From Octopus sinensis (lineage: Eukaryota), in contig NW_021832008.1 in NCBI RefSeq assembly GCF_006345805.1, forward strand, positions 1-63,239: a DNA stretch of 63,239 bases, in the 5' to 3' direction. Under the pieces are notes generated by a model. That model did not search any database and had not been told where the DNA came from. It worked only from the letters and a program-made list of their open reading frames with translations. This document shows, in pieces, positions 39,982-53,265 of the stretch (positions within the stretch are counted from its first letter, which is position 1; each line of letters starts with the position of its first letter). The position numbers and the translations under genes were made by a program.

Positions 39982-41880
39982 CAGGGTGTCCCAAAAAGAT
40001 GTACTCACTCTTTGACTTCCCAGTACTCATGCATTTTGTGTTCAAGTAGATGTTTATTGATATACATACAATCCTAAAAAGTAATTTTAAATTCAGGAAA
40101 ATAAATTGTTGTAGAAACGATTATTTATTGTCATTTAGAATTATTTAATGTTCTCTCTCATTCCTGCGTGTTTGCAAATGTTCAGTCTGCCTTCCTTCAT
40201 TTTCCAAACAAAGCTGATAAACGTCCAGCAATGGATTTGACAACATTGCCAAACATTTCATTCGGAATTGCGAGACATTGTATTCGAATTTCATTTTTCA
40301 AATCATCAATTGTCACTGGTTTTGCAGCGTAAACCTTATCTTTGAGATGTCCCCATAAGAAAAAAAAAATCCATTGGCATAAGGTCTGGTGAATGTGCAG
40401 GAAATTCAATGCTACCTCTCCTCCCAATCCATTTGTTTGGATTTGTTGCATCGAGGTAAGTCCATACATCACGATGGTAGTGAGGAGGAGCTCCATCTTG
40501 CTGGAAGTAAATCTCCTCGTCCCTAAACATCTCTTCAATTCGTGAGCCAACATTTTCCATCAGTAAGTTTGGTCAAAACAAAAAATGGTCCAACAATACC
40601 CAATGTTGACATCCCACACCACACTGTAATGCCTGGTAAGTTCAGATGGTGTTCCATAGTAAAATGTGGATTTTCACAGGGCCATTATGTGCAATTATGT
40701 TGGTTGTCTGAACCATTTTACTTGAAGGTGGCCTCATCACTCCATAAGATTTTCTCTGGAAACATTGCATCCTCTGCAAATTTGTTCAGATACCATTTGC
40801 AAAATTGAACTCTCCAATCAGAATCATGAATTAATGTTGGAACATAACTTTTCCAATGAGCTTGTTTCAATATCCAATGAACACTTGATTTTGGGATTCC
40901 TATCTCACAACTCAATTGTCATACAGATTTCTTTGGGGATTGGGAAAGGGTTGTAGTGGATGCGTGGATGTATTAATAAATACATAAGTGCTTTGTAATA
41001 AATTAAAGATTTATTATCACTACATCAATTTGTAAGCAATGTTACACATCGCTTGTACAAAATGCATATTAAATAGTGGTTGCAAATAATACATATTAAA
41101 GGAATGCATAATACAGGATACACATTAAAGCAGAATATGTTTGATGGTGCGTGTGTGTGCGTGTGTGTAAATCATGCATGACAGAGTCACCTTTCTGAAT
41201 ATTCTTTCGTCGTCCTCATAAATGCGTGACGTTCTCTTAAACGTTGGTTCGGCTTCTCTCTGGTTACCTATTTCTCCGTTCTATTTATAACATCTCAAAT
41301 AGCCAGAAAAATAGATATACCGCAAGAGTGTTATTGCGTACAGTAGGTCGCTGGTCGTCCTGTTAAACTTCGCCTGACCTGCTCGGGTCAGAGGTCGAAG
41401 GGAGACGATCCATCATTTTTTGTCAGAACAAAGAGATTCTGATTTCGCGCCTTTTTGTGCATTGGTATTTTACGACCAATGATTCTTGGGTCTGATTTCG
41501 AATCCAAGCTTTGAGAAGGAAGTGCTAATTCTTACACGGTTTCCATTAATTGGTTGTGTCTATTGGGGCTGGTAGATGTTCATGGTCTTCCAGAGCATTG
41601 CTTACTAACGTTCTGAACAGTTCCGTACGCTTCAAATTTATCTCTGATGCAAGCGATAGTGTGTTGTGTTGGTGGTGTCTTCTGAAACTGTCTGTTAAAT
41701 TGTCCTTGCACTTCCATGACATTTTCGTGCTTCCAGTAGCACTTTAATATAATTTTTTTTTCCTCACATGTTAGTTGTGCATTTGCCATTGTGAAGGGTT
41801 GGTTGTGTCTGAAATAAAAAAAAAACAATACATTTGTAATCGTCTGCCAAAGAGTGAGTACATCTATTTGGGACACCCTG
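39982..41880 (-). mobile_element. Tc1/mariner-superfamily transposon (DDxD type, rosa/DD41D-like), decayed
   Basis: 33-bp TIRs CAGGGTGTCCCAAA(A/T)AGATGTACTCACTCTTTG; TA on the right flank; WSDEATF, FQQDGAPPH, SPDLMPMDFF, LWGHLK. Confidence 0.9.
40952..41536 (-). mobile_element. Solo LTR inserted in the transposase
   Basis: TGTA...TACA ends; 4-bp flanks GGGT/CGGT; TATAAA and AATAAA on the minus strand; removal restores METLSQSPKK. Confidence 0.75.
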
Positions 41881-43446
41881 TATATATACAGATAGCAAAT
41901 TGACAGTGTGAATTAATTATAAGGAAGATAACTCTAGCTTTGACATTTTCACTCTTTTTTTAATAGTTATTGGTTTTTGTTATATGTAATTTATTAATCG
42001 ACTATAAAACAAAAACGTATTGCCCATTTTGGGAACAGGGTTTTGCAGCTGTGTTATTTTTCTAATAATTTAGATTTCTGACCAGGCACTAGACCAAAAG
42101 TATTGTTGATATCGATGCCAGTTCTTAATTTAGTAACATATTTTTATCAATTTTAAGTCAAAGCAAAGATGTAAATCAGTCAAATTGAATTTATTAATTC
42201 AATGCACTTTTTCTGTGAGGGTTTATATAAAATAAATGCATGAAATTCTAGTATCAAGTTTTTTTATGGTATTAGCCCAAATTTATTGGTGTCCATATCG
42301 AGTGAATTCATGAAGAATTGTAGATTTTTACAGAAGACTCAATTCAGGTTGAACAAGAGTTTTAATCAATGGTTTGTAGACTGTAAAGACAATGACAGCT
42401 GGTAGTCATTTTTATATATAGATATTGTCCCAAATCTGAGCAAGCAAACTGAAATTACACTCAGACTTCAAAGTAAATAAAAACATATCAGTTTTAAAAT
42501 TTGTGTCATGCGAATCATATATGTTAAGAAACAATATTTGTTGCCACAATTAATATCAAGAAATGAGTAAAACAAAAAAAAGGAAGAAAGATTGCATAGA
42601 AATAGCACACAAAATTAATAAAGAAAGATGGCTTGAAGAAGTGAAGAATTTCATTTAAAACATCCCCATTTAAGGTTTGCAAACCACCAACCTCAACCTG
42701 TAACTCTCACAACCCTACTAGCTACCCCCTAAGAGGATCCTGTCTCTCAAGGGTGAAGTCTAAAGAGTTACCCTCACACCATTCAATGGCATCTAAAAGC
42801 ACTACACAACCCTGATGTCCAATGAGTTCAAGGGAAGGTACACATAGCATATGCACTTGCTTAGATACAGGGATAGAGAGAACTCCACTGCCTTATCTTA
42901 TTTCCTCTGAAGCCTGTGTGACCTCCAGAATGAAACACCCAACTTTGAATAGACCATCATTGACAGGGTCCTACTCTATTCACCTGATGCCTATAATTGC
43001 CAGCTATCCATCCATGAAAGACTGCACATTCTCCACCAACCTGCAGTATCTATCAACAGGAAATACTAACTATCTTAGTGCTGCCACCAGAGGTGTGCCC
43101 TCCTGGTGAACTTCATGCCACTAACTGACAACCCAGATATTAACATCAGCTGCTCCTCAGCATTGGCTATCTTACAATCAAGAACAGGGTTTCTAACCAT
43201 CAATGCCCACACAAACCACAAACTGACTCCCACAACCTTATACATTCCCTACATTTACCTTCTTAAATGTGGTGTATGCACATAAATACACACACATATA
43301 TACTCACACACATCTACATATGTACACTCCCCCTCTTTCCTTCCCACCACACTGGCAAACCTCAGTCCAATACCACTCCTTCAGCAGCACTATTGAAACT
43401 ACACTGGTATACATCTCTCACATCTGCATACATAAATACCAAAAGC

Positions 43447-43502
<56 letters not shown>

Positions 43503-43504
<2 letters not shown>

Positions 43505-44170
43505 CACCTTGATCACCTTGACCGACCAGTCCGTCAGGCGTCCATTTGACACCGCTGGTCACAGCACACTGTCCACTCCTCTCTGGATCGCATCTTTCTC
43601 ATCCATGTGATCCTAGTCGTCCTCCTGAAATCGTAAATCTACTGTCATGGAGGCCTTCCGAGTAGTTGTTTCCGTTCGCGTGGGTACCACTCGACAACTG
43701 CGCGGGTCCACCGATTATCAGTGAGCCGGGCGACGTGTCCAGCCCATCTAAACTTGCTACGTGTATACTCTGCGATGATATCCCTCATGCCGGACTTCTT
43801 TGTAATGATCTCACTACTGATGTGCTCTCTCAATGAGATACCAAGCATTTCAGCCGTTACCAGTCTCTGCTCTTCTCTCTTTGTGGTAGCCCATATTTCA
43901 CTACCATATAACATTGCACCTGAAGGACAAAAGGATTCCACATGTACCAACAGGTCGAATGGTCATCGGCAGTGATGAAATAGAGGCGGTAAAGGAATAT
44001 GTCTACCTGGGATAGGAAGTGAATATGTGCCGAGATATCGAAAAGGAGATCTCACGGAGAGTAAGGGTCAGATGATGGAAGGCGTTTAATGGCATAAGGG
44101 ATGTGCTCAAGGGAAGGTTGGACAGGACCACCCGCGCGAACTTCATCAACAGTACAGTTCTACCTGCAAT
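43503..44170 (-). mobile_element. RTE-type LINE fragment with inverted 5' segment
   Basis: 43503-43917 minus: AMLYGSEIW...FRWAGHVAR...GRPP and tail; 43947-44170 plus: KEYVYLG...STVLPAM. Confidence 0.85.
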
Positions 44171-44291
44171 GTATATATATATATATATATGTATGTATAT
44201 ATATATATATATATGTATATGTATATGTATATATATATGTATATGTATATGTATATGTATATATATATGTATATGTATATATATATGTATA

Positions 44292-45125
44292 TCATCATCA
44301 TCATCATCATCGTTTAACGTCCGTTCTCCATGCTAGCATGGGTTGGACGGTTCGACCGGGGTTCTGGGAAGCCAGAAGGCTGCACCAGGCTCCAGTCTAA
44401 TCTGGCAATGTTTCTACAGCTGGATGCCCTTCCTAACGCCAACCACTCCGTGAGTGTAGTGGGTGCTTTTTACGTGCCACCTGCACAGGTGCCAGGCGAG
44501 GCTGGCAACGGCCACGGTCAGATTGGTGTATTTTATGTGCCACCGGCACGGAAGCCAGTCGAGGCGGTGCTGGCATCGGCCACGAGTCGGATAGTGCTTT
44601 TTACGTACCACCAGACCAGGGATCCTGGCTGGTTCAATTCGATTTCGATTTCGCTTGCCCCAACATGTCTTCACAAGCAAAGGGGGTTGGCATGGGTGCC
44701 TGTCGTACGGTCGCATTGGAGTATTTTACGTGCCACGGCCACGAGTCGGATAGTGCTTTTTACGTACCACCAGACCAGGGATCCTGGCTGGTTCAATTCG
44801 ATTTCGATTTCGCTTGCCCCAACATGTCTTCACAAGCAAAGGGGGTTGGCATGGGTGCCTGTCGTACGGTCGCATTGGAGTATTTTACGTGCCACGGCCA
44901 CGAGTCGGATAGTGCTTTTTACGTACCACCAGGCCAGGGATCCTGGCTGGTTCAATTCGGTTTCGCTTGCCCCAACATGTCTTCGCAAGTATGGGGGGTT
45001 GGCATGGGTGTCTGTCGTCGGATGAGGTTCTATATCGACTTCGCTTGCCTCAACAGGTCTTTGTGTCCAAGGGAGGAAAGGCATTCATAAGTGGGCTGGG
45101 CTCACTTGTCCTGCCTGGTCTTCTT
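44292..45125 (-). mobile_element. RTE 3' UTR with a 159-bp tandem expansion
   Basis: (CAT)n tail; CGGCCACGAGTCGGATAGTGC at about 44577, 44736 and 44895. Confidence 0.85.
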
Positions 45126-45126
45126 G

Positions 45127-45146
45127 TATATGTATATATGTATATG

Positions 45147-45197
<51 letters not shown>

Positions 45198-45345
45198 GTA
45201 TATATATATGTATATGTGTATATATATATGTATATGTGTATATATATATATGTATATGTATATATATGTATATTTGTATATATATATATGTATATATATA
45301 TGTATATTATATATGTATATGTATTATATATATATATGTATATAT

Positions 45346-45407
<62 letters not shown>

Positions 45408-46200
45408 GTATATATATATATGTATATATATAATATGTATATATATATATGTATATATATATATGTATATATATATATATGTATATATATATGTATATAT
45501 ATATGTGTATATATATATGTATATGTATATTATATATGTGTGTATATATATATATGTATATATGTATATGTATATATATATATATGTATATATATATATG
45601 TATATATATATATGTATGTATATATATATATGTATGTATATATAATATATGTATATATATATATGTATGTATATATATATATGTATGTATATATATATAT
45701 GTATGTATATATATATATGTATGTATATATATATATTGTGTATATATATATGTGTGTATATATATAGTGTATATATATATATATGTGTATATATATATGT
45801 ATGTGTATATATATGTATGTTATATATATATATGTATTATATATATGTATATATATAATATATATATATATATGTATATTATATATATATATATGTATAT
45901 ATGTATGTATATATATAATATATATATATATGTATGTATATATATATTATATATGTATATGTATATGTTATATATATATATGTATGTATATATATATGTA
46001 ATGTATATATATATATATATATATTATGTATATATAATATATGTATATGTATATATAGATATGTATATATTATATATATATGTATGTATATATATATATA
46101 TATATTATATATGTATATATATATATAGTATATATATATATATATAGATGTATATATATATATATATGCGTATATATATATATATATGTATATGTATATA
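45127..46200. repeat. ~1.07-kb (TA/TG)n compound microsatellite
   Basis: Direct reading. Confidence 0.95.
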
Positions 46201-47119
46201 AGAATAGCTTGGGCAAAGTTCAGAGAGCTCTTACCTCTGCTGGTGAGAAAAGGCCTCTCGCTCAGAGTAAAAGGCAGACTGTATGACGCATGTGTAAGCT
46301 CGCGTAAGCTCGCAAGAAATGAAGCCAGTATGCTCCGATGGATGTGTAATGTCAGTGTTCATACTCGACAGAGTGTAAGTACCTTGAGAGAAAAGCTGGA
46401 CCTAAGAAGCATCAGTTGTGGTGTGCAAGGGAGACGTTTGCACTGGTATGGTCATGTGGCGAGAATGGATGAAGATAGTTGTGTGAAAAAGTGCCTCACC
46501 CTAGCGGTTGAGGGAACCTGTGGAAGGGGCAGACCCAGGAAAACCTGGGACGAGGTGGTGAAGCACAACCTTCGAACTTTAGGTCTCACTGAGGAAATGA
46601 CTAGAGACCGAGACCTTTGAAAGTATGCTGTGCGTGAGAAGACCCGGCAGGACAAGTGAGACCATAACCCATGGCCTCTACATGGGATGTAGCCAGTCCA
46701 CTTATGCATACCTTTCCTTCTTGGGACACAAAACTCTACTTGTGAAGACCTGTTGAGGCAAGTGAGAATCAGAATTGAAATCGATCAACATCAATGAAAA
46801 TTGCAGCTGTGATACCAGTGCCGGTGGCATGTAAGATAACCATCCGTTCGTGGCCGTTGCCAGCTACGCCTGGCCCCCGTGCTGGTGGCACGTAAAAAGC
46901 ACCATCCGATCGTGGCCGTTTGCCAGCCTTGTCTGGCACGTAAAAAGCACCCACTACACTCACGGAGTGGTTGGCGTTAGGAAGGGCATCAAGCCGTAGA
47001 AACATTGCCAGATCAGACTGGGCCTGGTGCCGCCTTCTGGCTTCCCAGACCCCAGTTGAACTGTCCAACCCATGCTAGCATGGAAAGCGGACGCTAAACA
47101 ATGATGATGATGATGATGA
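46200..47119 (+). mobile_element. 5'-truncated RTE LINE
   Basis: [14 protein letters not shown]...GRGRPRKTW; 3' UTR; (ATG)n tail. Confidence 0.9.
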
Positions 47120-47357
47120 TATATTCTTATATTAAATTTTTGATACTTTTTGACAGTTATATTTTTAAAAAATTCTAAATATAAATTAATAATTTTAAAT
47201 TTAAGTAATTAAAATTTTAAACTTTATATTTTATATATTTTGTAAATTATATTAATTATTTTTATTTTTATGTTTTGGTTTATGTTTTTCACTGTTTGAT
47301 TTGCCTCATAGTGGTTTTATCTCTAATTTAATTTATATACATATGTATATATATATA

Positions 47358-47992
47358 TCATCATCATCATCCGTCCGTTTTCCATGCTAGCCTGGGTTGG
47401 ACGGTTCGACCTGGGTCTGGGAAGCCAGGAGGCTGCACCAGGCTCCAGTCTGATCTGGCAGTGTTTCTACAGCTGGATGCTCTTCCTAACACCAACCACT
47501 CCGTGAGTGTAGTGGGTGCTTTTTACGTGCCACTGCCACGGGTGCCAGGGGAGGTTGGCAGCAACCACAATCGGTTGGTCCTTTTTACGTGCCACCGGCA
47601 CAGAAGCCAGTCAAGGTGGCACTGGCATCGGCCACGTTTGGATGGTGCTTTTTACGTATCACTGGCACAGGTATCACAACTACAATTTCCATTTCATATT
47701 TATTTTGATGTTGATGTACTTGACTCAATAGGTCTCCTCAAGCACAGCAGGTCACCTTACGATCCACGGTAAGCACAGCAGGTCGTTCTGCAATCCAGGT
47801 ACTTTGGATGGCCTGGGGCTATGTGAAACTGGTGGAGGAAGCATCCCGGGTCTTTGCAGTCACAGCATATCTCCAGAGATCTCGGTCTTTCATCATTGCC
47901 TCTGTGAGGCCCAACGTTCAAAGGTAATGCTTGACTACCATGACCTTCAAACGTTTGGCCTCACAGAGGCAACGATGAAAGACTGAGATCTC
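47358..47992 (-). mobile_element. RTE 3' fragment with a short inverted piece at its 5' end
   Basis: (CAT)n tail and UTR; 47875-47925 is inverted at 47940-47992. Confidence 0.8.
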
Positions 47993-48099
47993 TGTATATC
48001 TATATATATGCCGACAAACGGCAATGTGAAACTCAGAGTAACAGGTTTTGTTGAATTTTCTGGTGCTTTAAATAAAGTATATATATATATATATATGTA

Positions 48100-48150
<51 letters not shown>

Positions 48151-48229
48151 TATATATATGTATATATATGTGTATATATATATATGTTATATATATATAT
48201 ATATATATATACATACATACACAAAATCA

Positions 48230-48733
48230 AAATCATTTCGATGACTGGTATCCGTGCTAGCGGGGTGCAAAGAGCACCATACGAGTGTGATCGTTGACAG
48301 AGCAGCTATTCGAGTATGATCGTTACCAGTGTTGCCTTACTGGCACTTATGCCTGTGCTAGTAGGGTGCCAAGAACACCATCCAAGCGTGATCAATGTGA
48401 TCGTTACCAGAGCAGCCAACTGGCTTCCGTACCTGTAGCACGTAAAAAGACACCATTTGAGCGTGATCATTACCAACGTCGCTTCACTGGCACGTGTAAA
48501 AAGATTTGAGCGAGGTCATTGCCAGTACCGCCTGACTGGCCCCTGTGCAGGTGGCATGTAAAAAGCACCCACTACACTCTCGGAGTGGTTGGCGTTAGGA
48601 AGGGCATCCAGCTGTAGAAACCCTGCCAGATCAAGACTGGAGCCTGGTGCAGCCATCTGGTTGCCAGCCCTCAGTCAAAACCGTCCAACCCATGCTAGCA
48701 TGGAAAACAGACGTTAAATGATGATGATGATGA
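48230..48733 (+). mobile_element. RTE 3' UTR (diverged subfamily)
   Basis: Conserved terminus and (ATG)n tail. Confidence 0.8.
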
Positions 48734-48748
48734 TATATATATGTATAC

Positions 48749-48798
<50 letters not shown>

Positions 48799-48805
48799 TA
48801 TATAT

Positions 48806-50947
48806 AGGAGATAAATAAAAATATATGCATACATACAAACATATATGTACGTACCTACATCTACATGTATATATACATGCATATATAAATAATTATACGG
48901 AAGTACAGGACATCACAATAAGACGTAGAAACAGAAAAAGCCAAAAAACAAAAAACAAGAAAACGGAAAACGAAAACCAAATACAGGACAGGTTACACAA
49001 GGACAAAACCCCCGTCATCAGCTGTCGCTAGAGGAGTCAGGCATGTTTCGAAGGCATAACAGAACACTAATCCAATAGGCCTTCCTGCGAGAGAATTAAA
49101 ATAAAATTTCAAGCAGCGGGGCACAATGAGTACGAACACAAACAAGACGTAACAATAAGACTGCAAAATTAAAATACATGTACAAAAACAAACACAAGAG
49201 GACGAACGAAAAAGCCTTTTTTCTGGCATAGACAAACAATAAAACTGCAAAAATAAAAATACATGTACAAAAAGTACAATTAGTTACAAAACGAGAAAAT
49301 AACAAGAATACTATACAGGAAATTAACCACACAAGGGGACGAACGAAGAAGCCTTTTTGCTGGCAAGGACGAAAGTGTAGTAGCAGCGCGTGGAGGCAGT
49401 CTTTTCAATAGTGGTAACCACGTGTAAAGGAATTTTGTTTTATAGGCAAGGAGGAGGGGGACACGCGGCGAAGAGAGAGGAGGAGGGGGAGGGAGAAAGA
49501 TTGAAGAGGTTAAAGCAAAGGGAGAGAGTACCGCATCTTCAATATAATAATATTAATATAAAAAAAGGGGACCAAGAAGTGGATCGAAACGACGAATCGG
49601 AACGAACCTGATGCGGGGCGCTGTCAGACAATAAGGAGATAAATAAAAATATATGCATACATACAACATATATGTATGTACCTACATCTACATGTATATA
49701 TACATGCATATATAAATAATTATACGGAAGTACAGGACATCACAATAAGACGTAGAAACAGAAAAAGCCAAAAAACAAAACAAGAAAACGGAAAACGAAA
49801 ACCAAATACAGGACAGGTTACACAAGGACAAAACCCCCGTCATCAGCTGTCGCTAGAGGAGTCAGGCATGTTTCGAAGGCATAACAGAACACTAATCCAA
49901 TAGGCCTTCCTGCGAGAGAATTAAAATAAAATTTCAAGCAGCGGGGCACAATGAGTACGAACACAAACAAGACGTAACAATAAGACTGCAAAATTAAAAT
50001 ACATGTACAAAAACAAACACAAGAGGACGAACGAAAAAGCCTTTTTTCTGGCATAGACAAACAATAAAACTGCAAAAATAAAAATACATGTACAAAAAGT
50101 ACAATTAGTTACAAAACGAGAAAATAACAAGAATACTATACAGGAAATTAACCACACAAGGGGACGAACGAAGAAGCCTTTTTGCTGGCAGGACGAAAGT
50201 GTAGTAGCAGCGCGTGGAGGCAGTCTTTTCAATAGTGGTAACCACGTGTAAAGGAATTTTGTTTTATAGGCAAGGAGGAGGGGGACACGCGGCGAAGAGA
50301 GAGGAGGAGGGGGAGGGAGAAAGATTGAAGAGGTTAAAGCAAAGGGAGAGAGTACCGCATCTTCAATATAATAATATTAATATAAAAAAAGGGGACCAAG
50401 AAGTGGATCGAAACGACGAATCGGAACGAACCTGATGCGGGGCGCTGTCAGACAATAAGGAGATAAATAAAAATATATGCATACATACAAACATATATGT
50501 ATGTACCTACATCTACATGTATATATACATGCATATATAAATAATTATACGGAAGTACAGGACATCACAATAAGACGTAGAAACAGAAAAAGCCAAAAAA
50601 CAAAAACAAGAAAACGGAAAACGAAAACCAAATACAGGACAGGTTACACAAGGACAAAACCCCCGTCATCAGCTGTCGCTAGAGGAGTCAGGCATGTTTC
50701 GAAGGCATAACAGAACACTAATCCAATAGGCCTTCCTGCGAGAGAATTAAAATAAAATTTCAAGCAGCGGGGCACAATGAGTACGAACACAAACAAGACG
50801 TAACAATAAGACTGCAAAATTAAAATACATGTACAAAAACAAACACAAGAGGACGAACGAAAAAGCCTTTTTTCTGGCATAGACAAACAATAAAACTGCA
50901 AAAATAAAAATACATGTACAAAAAGTACAATTAGTTACAAAACGAGA
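48806..50947. repeat. ~825-bp tandem repeat, ~2.6 near-identical copies, between TA tracts
   Basis: GGAGATAAATAAAAA at 48807, 49635 and 50459. Confidence 0.95.
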
Positions 50948-50999
50948 CACATATATATATATATATATCGTCAGTAAATCATGAATCCAAAAGAGAAGC

Positions 51000-51370
51000 A
51001 CACTCTAAGATATAGATCAGTAGAGTCTTTAGAGAAAGGTAGTTATAGCTGGTTCATTGGGTTACATTAGATGTTCTGGAAATACCTCGAAATAGCACCT
51101 CTCCAACCACAAACCCTCGTTTATGATCCCAAAGAGATGTTATGTCATGTCCTTGGCCAGCCACCGTGGCACCTGAAGGACAAAAGGATTCCACATGTAA
51201 TCACATGGAAAACCCCCAAAAAACTGGTTGCCAACATCAATGGGAACAAATATTGCAAGCTGTGTATAATAGCAGAACGGGTGAGGATATTGAAGAACTC
51301 TCTCAATGTAGGGAACATCTTAAATTTCAGAATGGAAGTCTTTAGACCCTGCTTACACTTCAGGTGATTC
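51000..51370 (+). mobile_element. Penelope-like GIY-YIG C-terminal remnant
   Basis: WHLKDK...ITWK...CKLCIIAERVRIL...LNFRMEVFRPCLH. Confidence 0.7.
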
Positions 51371-51935
51371 CAACTGAAATCCTGGCACTGCAAGTTGACT
51401 GGGTGGATTCCAGATAGTGGTCTAAGAAATACAATCTCTTGTGCTTGACCTTTCTTCTTCCTCTGTGTGTTCTAAGACTAGCCACGGGGTTTTTTCTTCC
51501 CCCGTTTTCAAGAGAGGTCACCAGCCATTAGAGTCTGATGAGACATATTTGAAGTTAAGTACTTCATGAACACAATGAACTGGCCATAACTATATCTCTC
51601 TCTCTCTTTCTCACTCTCTCTCTATATAAATATATATACAAAGTATGGGGGTTTATTTCATAGGTTATCTAAATGATTAGGTACGCTAGGTAAGTGATGT
51701 AATGGATTACTGGGGCTCCAAGATTGCACCTAAAGACTTACACACATGGATCTACGCAGGATTGCACCTACGGACTCATGCTCTACTTTCTATAAGTTTG
51801 GAAATTTGAACTATGAACTTTTATGCTTCTTTATTCTTCTCTCTTTCCATCTCCTTATTCTTTTACTCCCTTCCTCCATGTTGTCATCTTATTGATATAT
51901 ACCATTCTCATTTTCCATATTTTGCCCCCTATTTG

Positions 51936-51989
51936 TCTCTGATGATGGTATATCTCATACTTGGGGGTATCCCAGAAACAGCTGCAAGA
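51936..51989 (+). ncRNA. Hammerhead motif in a PLE pLTR, cleavage-site U mutated
   Basis: tct-CTGATGA-stem II-GAAA-CAGCTG-CA-aga, just upstream of the PLE RT fragment. Confidence 0.6.
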
Positions 51990-52054
51990 TTTTGAATTAC
52001 TTCCTATAATAATATTGTATATGACTTGAGATGTTTGCCTTTTTTACAAGGATT

Positions 52055-53265
52055 CTACCTGGGTCAAAAAGAGAGAGCATTCTCTTTTTGATGTACCGAT
52101 GGGGGCATATGACAGGGCTGAGTTATGTGTGCACACGGGAGCTTATATTTTGCATAATCTAAATCTAGAATTCCCGTTTATAGATGCAGGATTATATAGG
52201 GATGACGGCCTTATAGTCACCCATAATTTAAATGTCCATGAATTAGGTAAGCTTAGGAAGGATCTAATTGCTTTCTTCCAAAGGATGGGCTTACAGATTA
52301 CAATAGATACTAACCTGAAAAGTATTGATTACTGAGATAAAAATTTAGATTTACAGTTAGATAAATTCAGACCTTACCGTAAGCCTAATGAAAAGCTATC
52401 TTATATTAGCAAAGAATCCAGTCCTCCACCAGTTAATATTAGGAACCTAGTCAGTAATGTAGGTAGACGAATATCGCCAACTTCTTTGGATGAGACAGCA
52501 TTTCAAAATGCTGCACCCTTTTATAATAACACATTAAGGAATAGTGGATTCTCTGAGAAGATCCAGTATAACCAAGTTAATGCTAACAGTAATACCACAT
52601 GTAGAACTAGAACTTGGAGGGTTTTGTGATTCAACACAGTTTTTAATATGGCAGTAAAAACCAATATAGGTAGGGAATTCTTAAAATTAGTCTCTAAACA
52701 TTTTCAGCCTAATCATAAGTTTTACAGAATATTTAATAGAAAAACGCTGAAGATTAGCTATTATTGTTGTAAAAACTTCACCTCTTTCATTAGCCAACAC
52801 AACACTAAAATAATTACAAATAACCAGTGCCAGTTCTGATCTGAAGAATTGCAATTGCAAAGCTGAGACCTCCTGTCCGTTGGAAGGAAAATGTCTGGAG
52901 AAAGGGATTGTGTATGGGGTCAAAGTACAAATAGAAGGCTCACAAAAATATAAAACATACACAGGGGCTTCAGAAAATTCTTTTAAGACCAGATTTTATT
53001 CTAGTACCTGGAAAATAGGACAAAGATCAGTCTGGCAAAACATGTCTGGGAATTGAAAGAAAATGAAACCTGTCCTTTCAATGTGACATGGAAAAGTCTT
53101 AGATAAAGCATCAGCTTACAGACATGGTACTCATAAAAGACCCATCAAATGGGATTTATGCCATTCAGAAAAATTCGTTATTTTATTACAGAACAATAGC
53201 ACTTTCAATCAAAGACGTGAACTCTTAAATCCCTGCAGGCACACAACAAAATTTAAAATGTCAAC
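52055..53265 (+). mobile_element. Penelope-like element, RT + GIY-YIG endonuclease remnant
   Basis: FDVPMGAYDRAEL, GLYRDDGL, KTNIGREFL, CNC...CPLEGKCL, GIVY...YTGASENSFKTRF, PCRH. Confidence 0.9.

Noticed and set aside
42700-43110. Old Penelope C-terminal remnant (LSIHERLHILHQPAVSIN)
   Set aside because: Similarity too weak to support by eye
2682-46147. Numerous YIYI/ICIY ORFs
   Set aside because: Translations of TA/TG microsatellites
51531-51565. CTGATGA downstream of the GIY-YIG remnant
   Set aside because: No intact GAAA or stem II; at best a heavily decayed ribozyme
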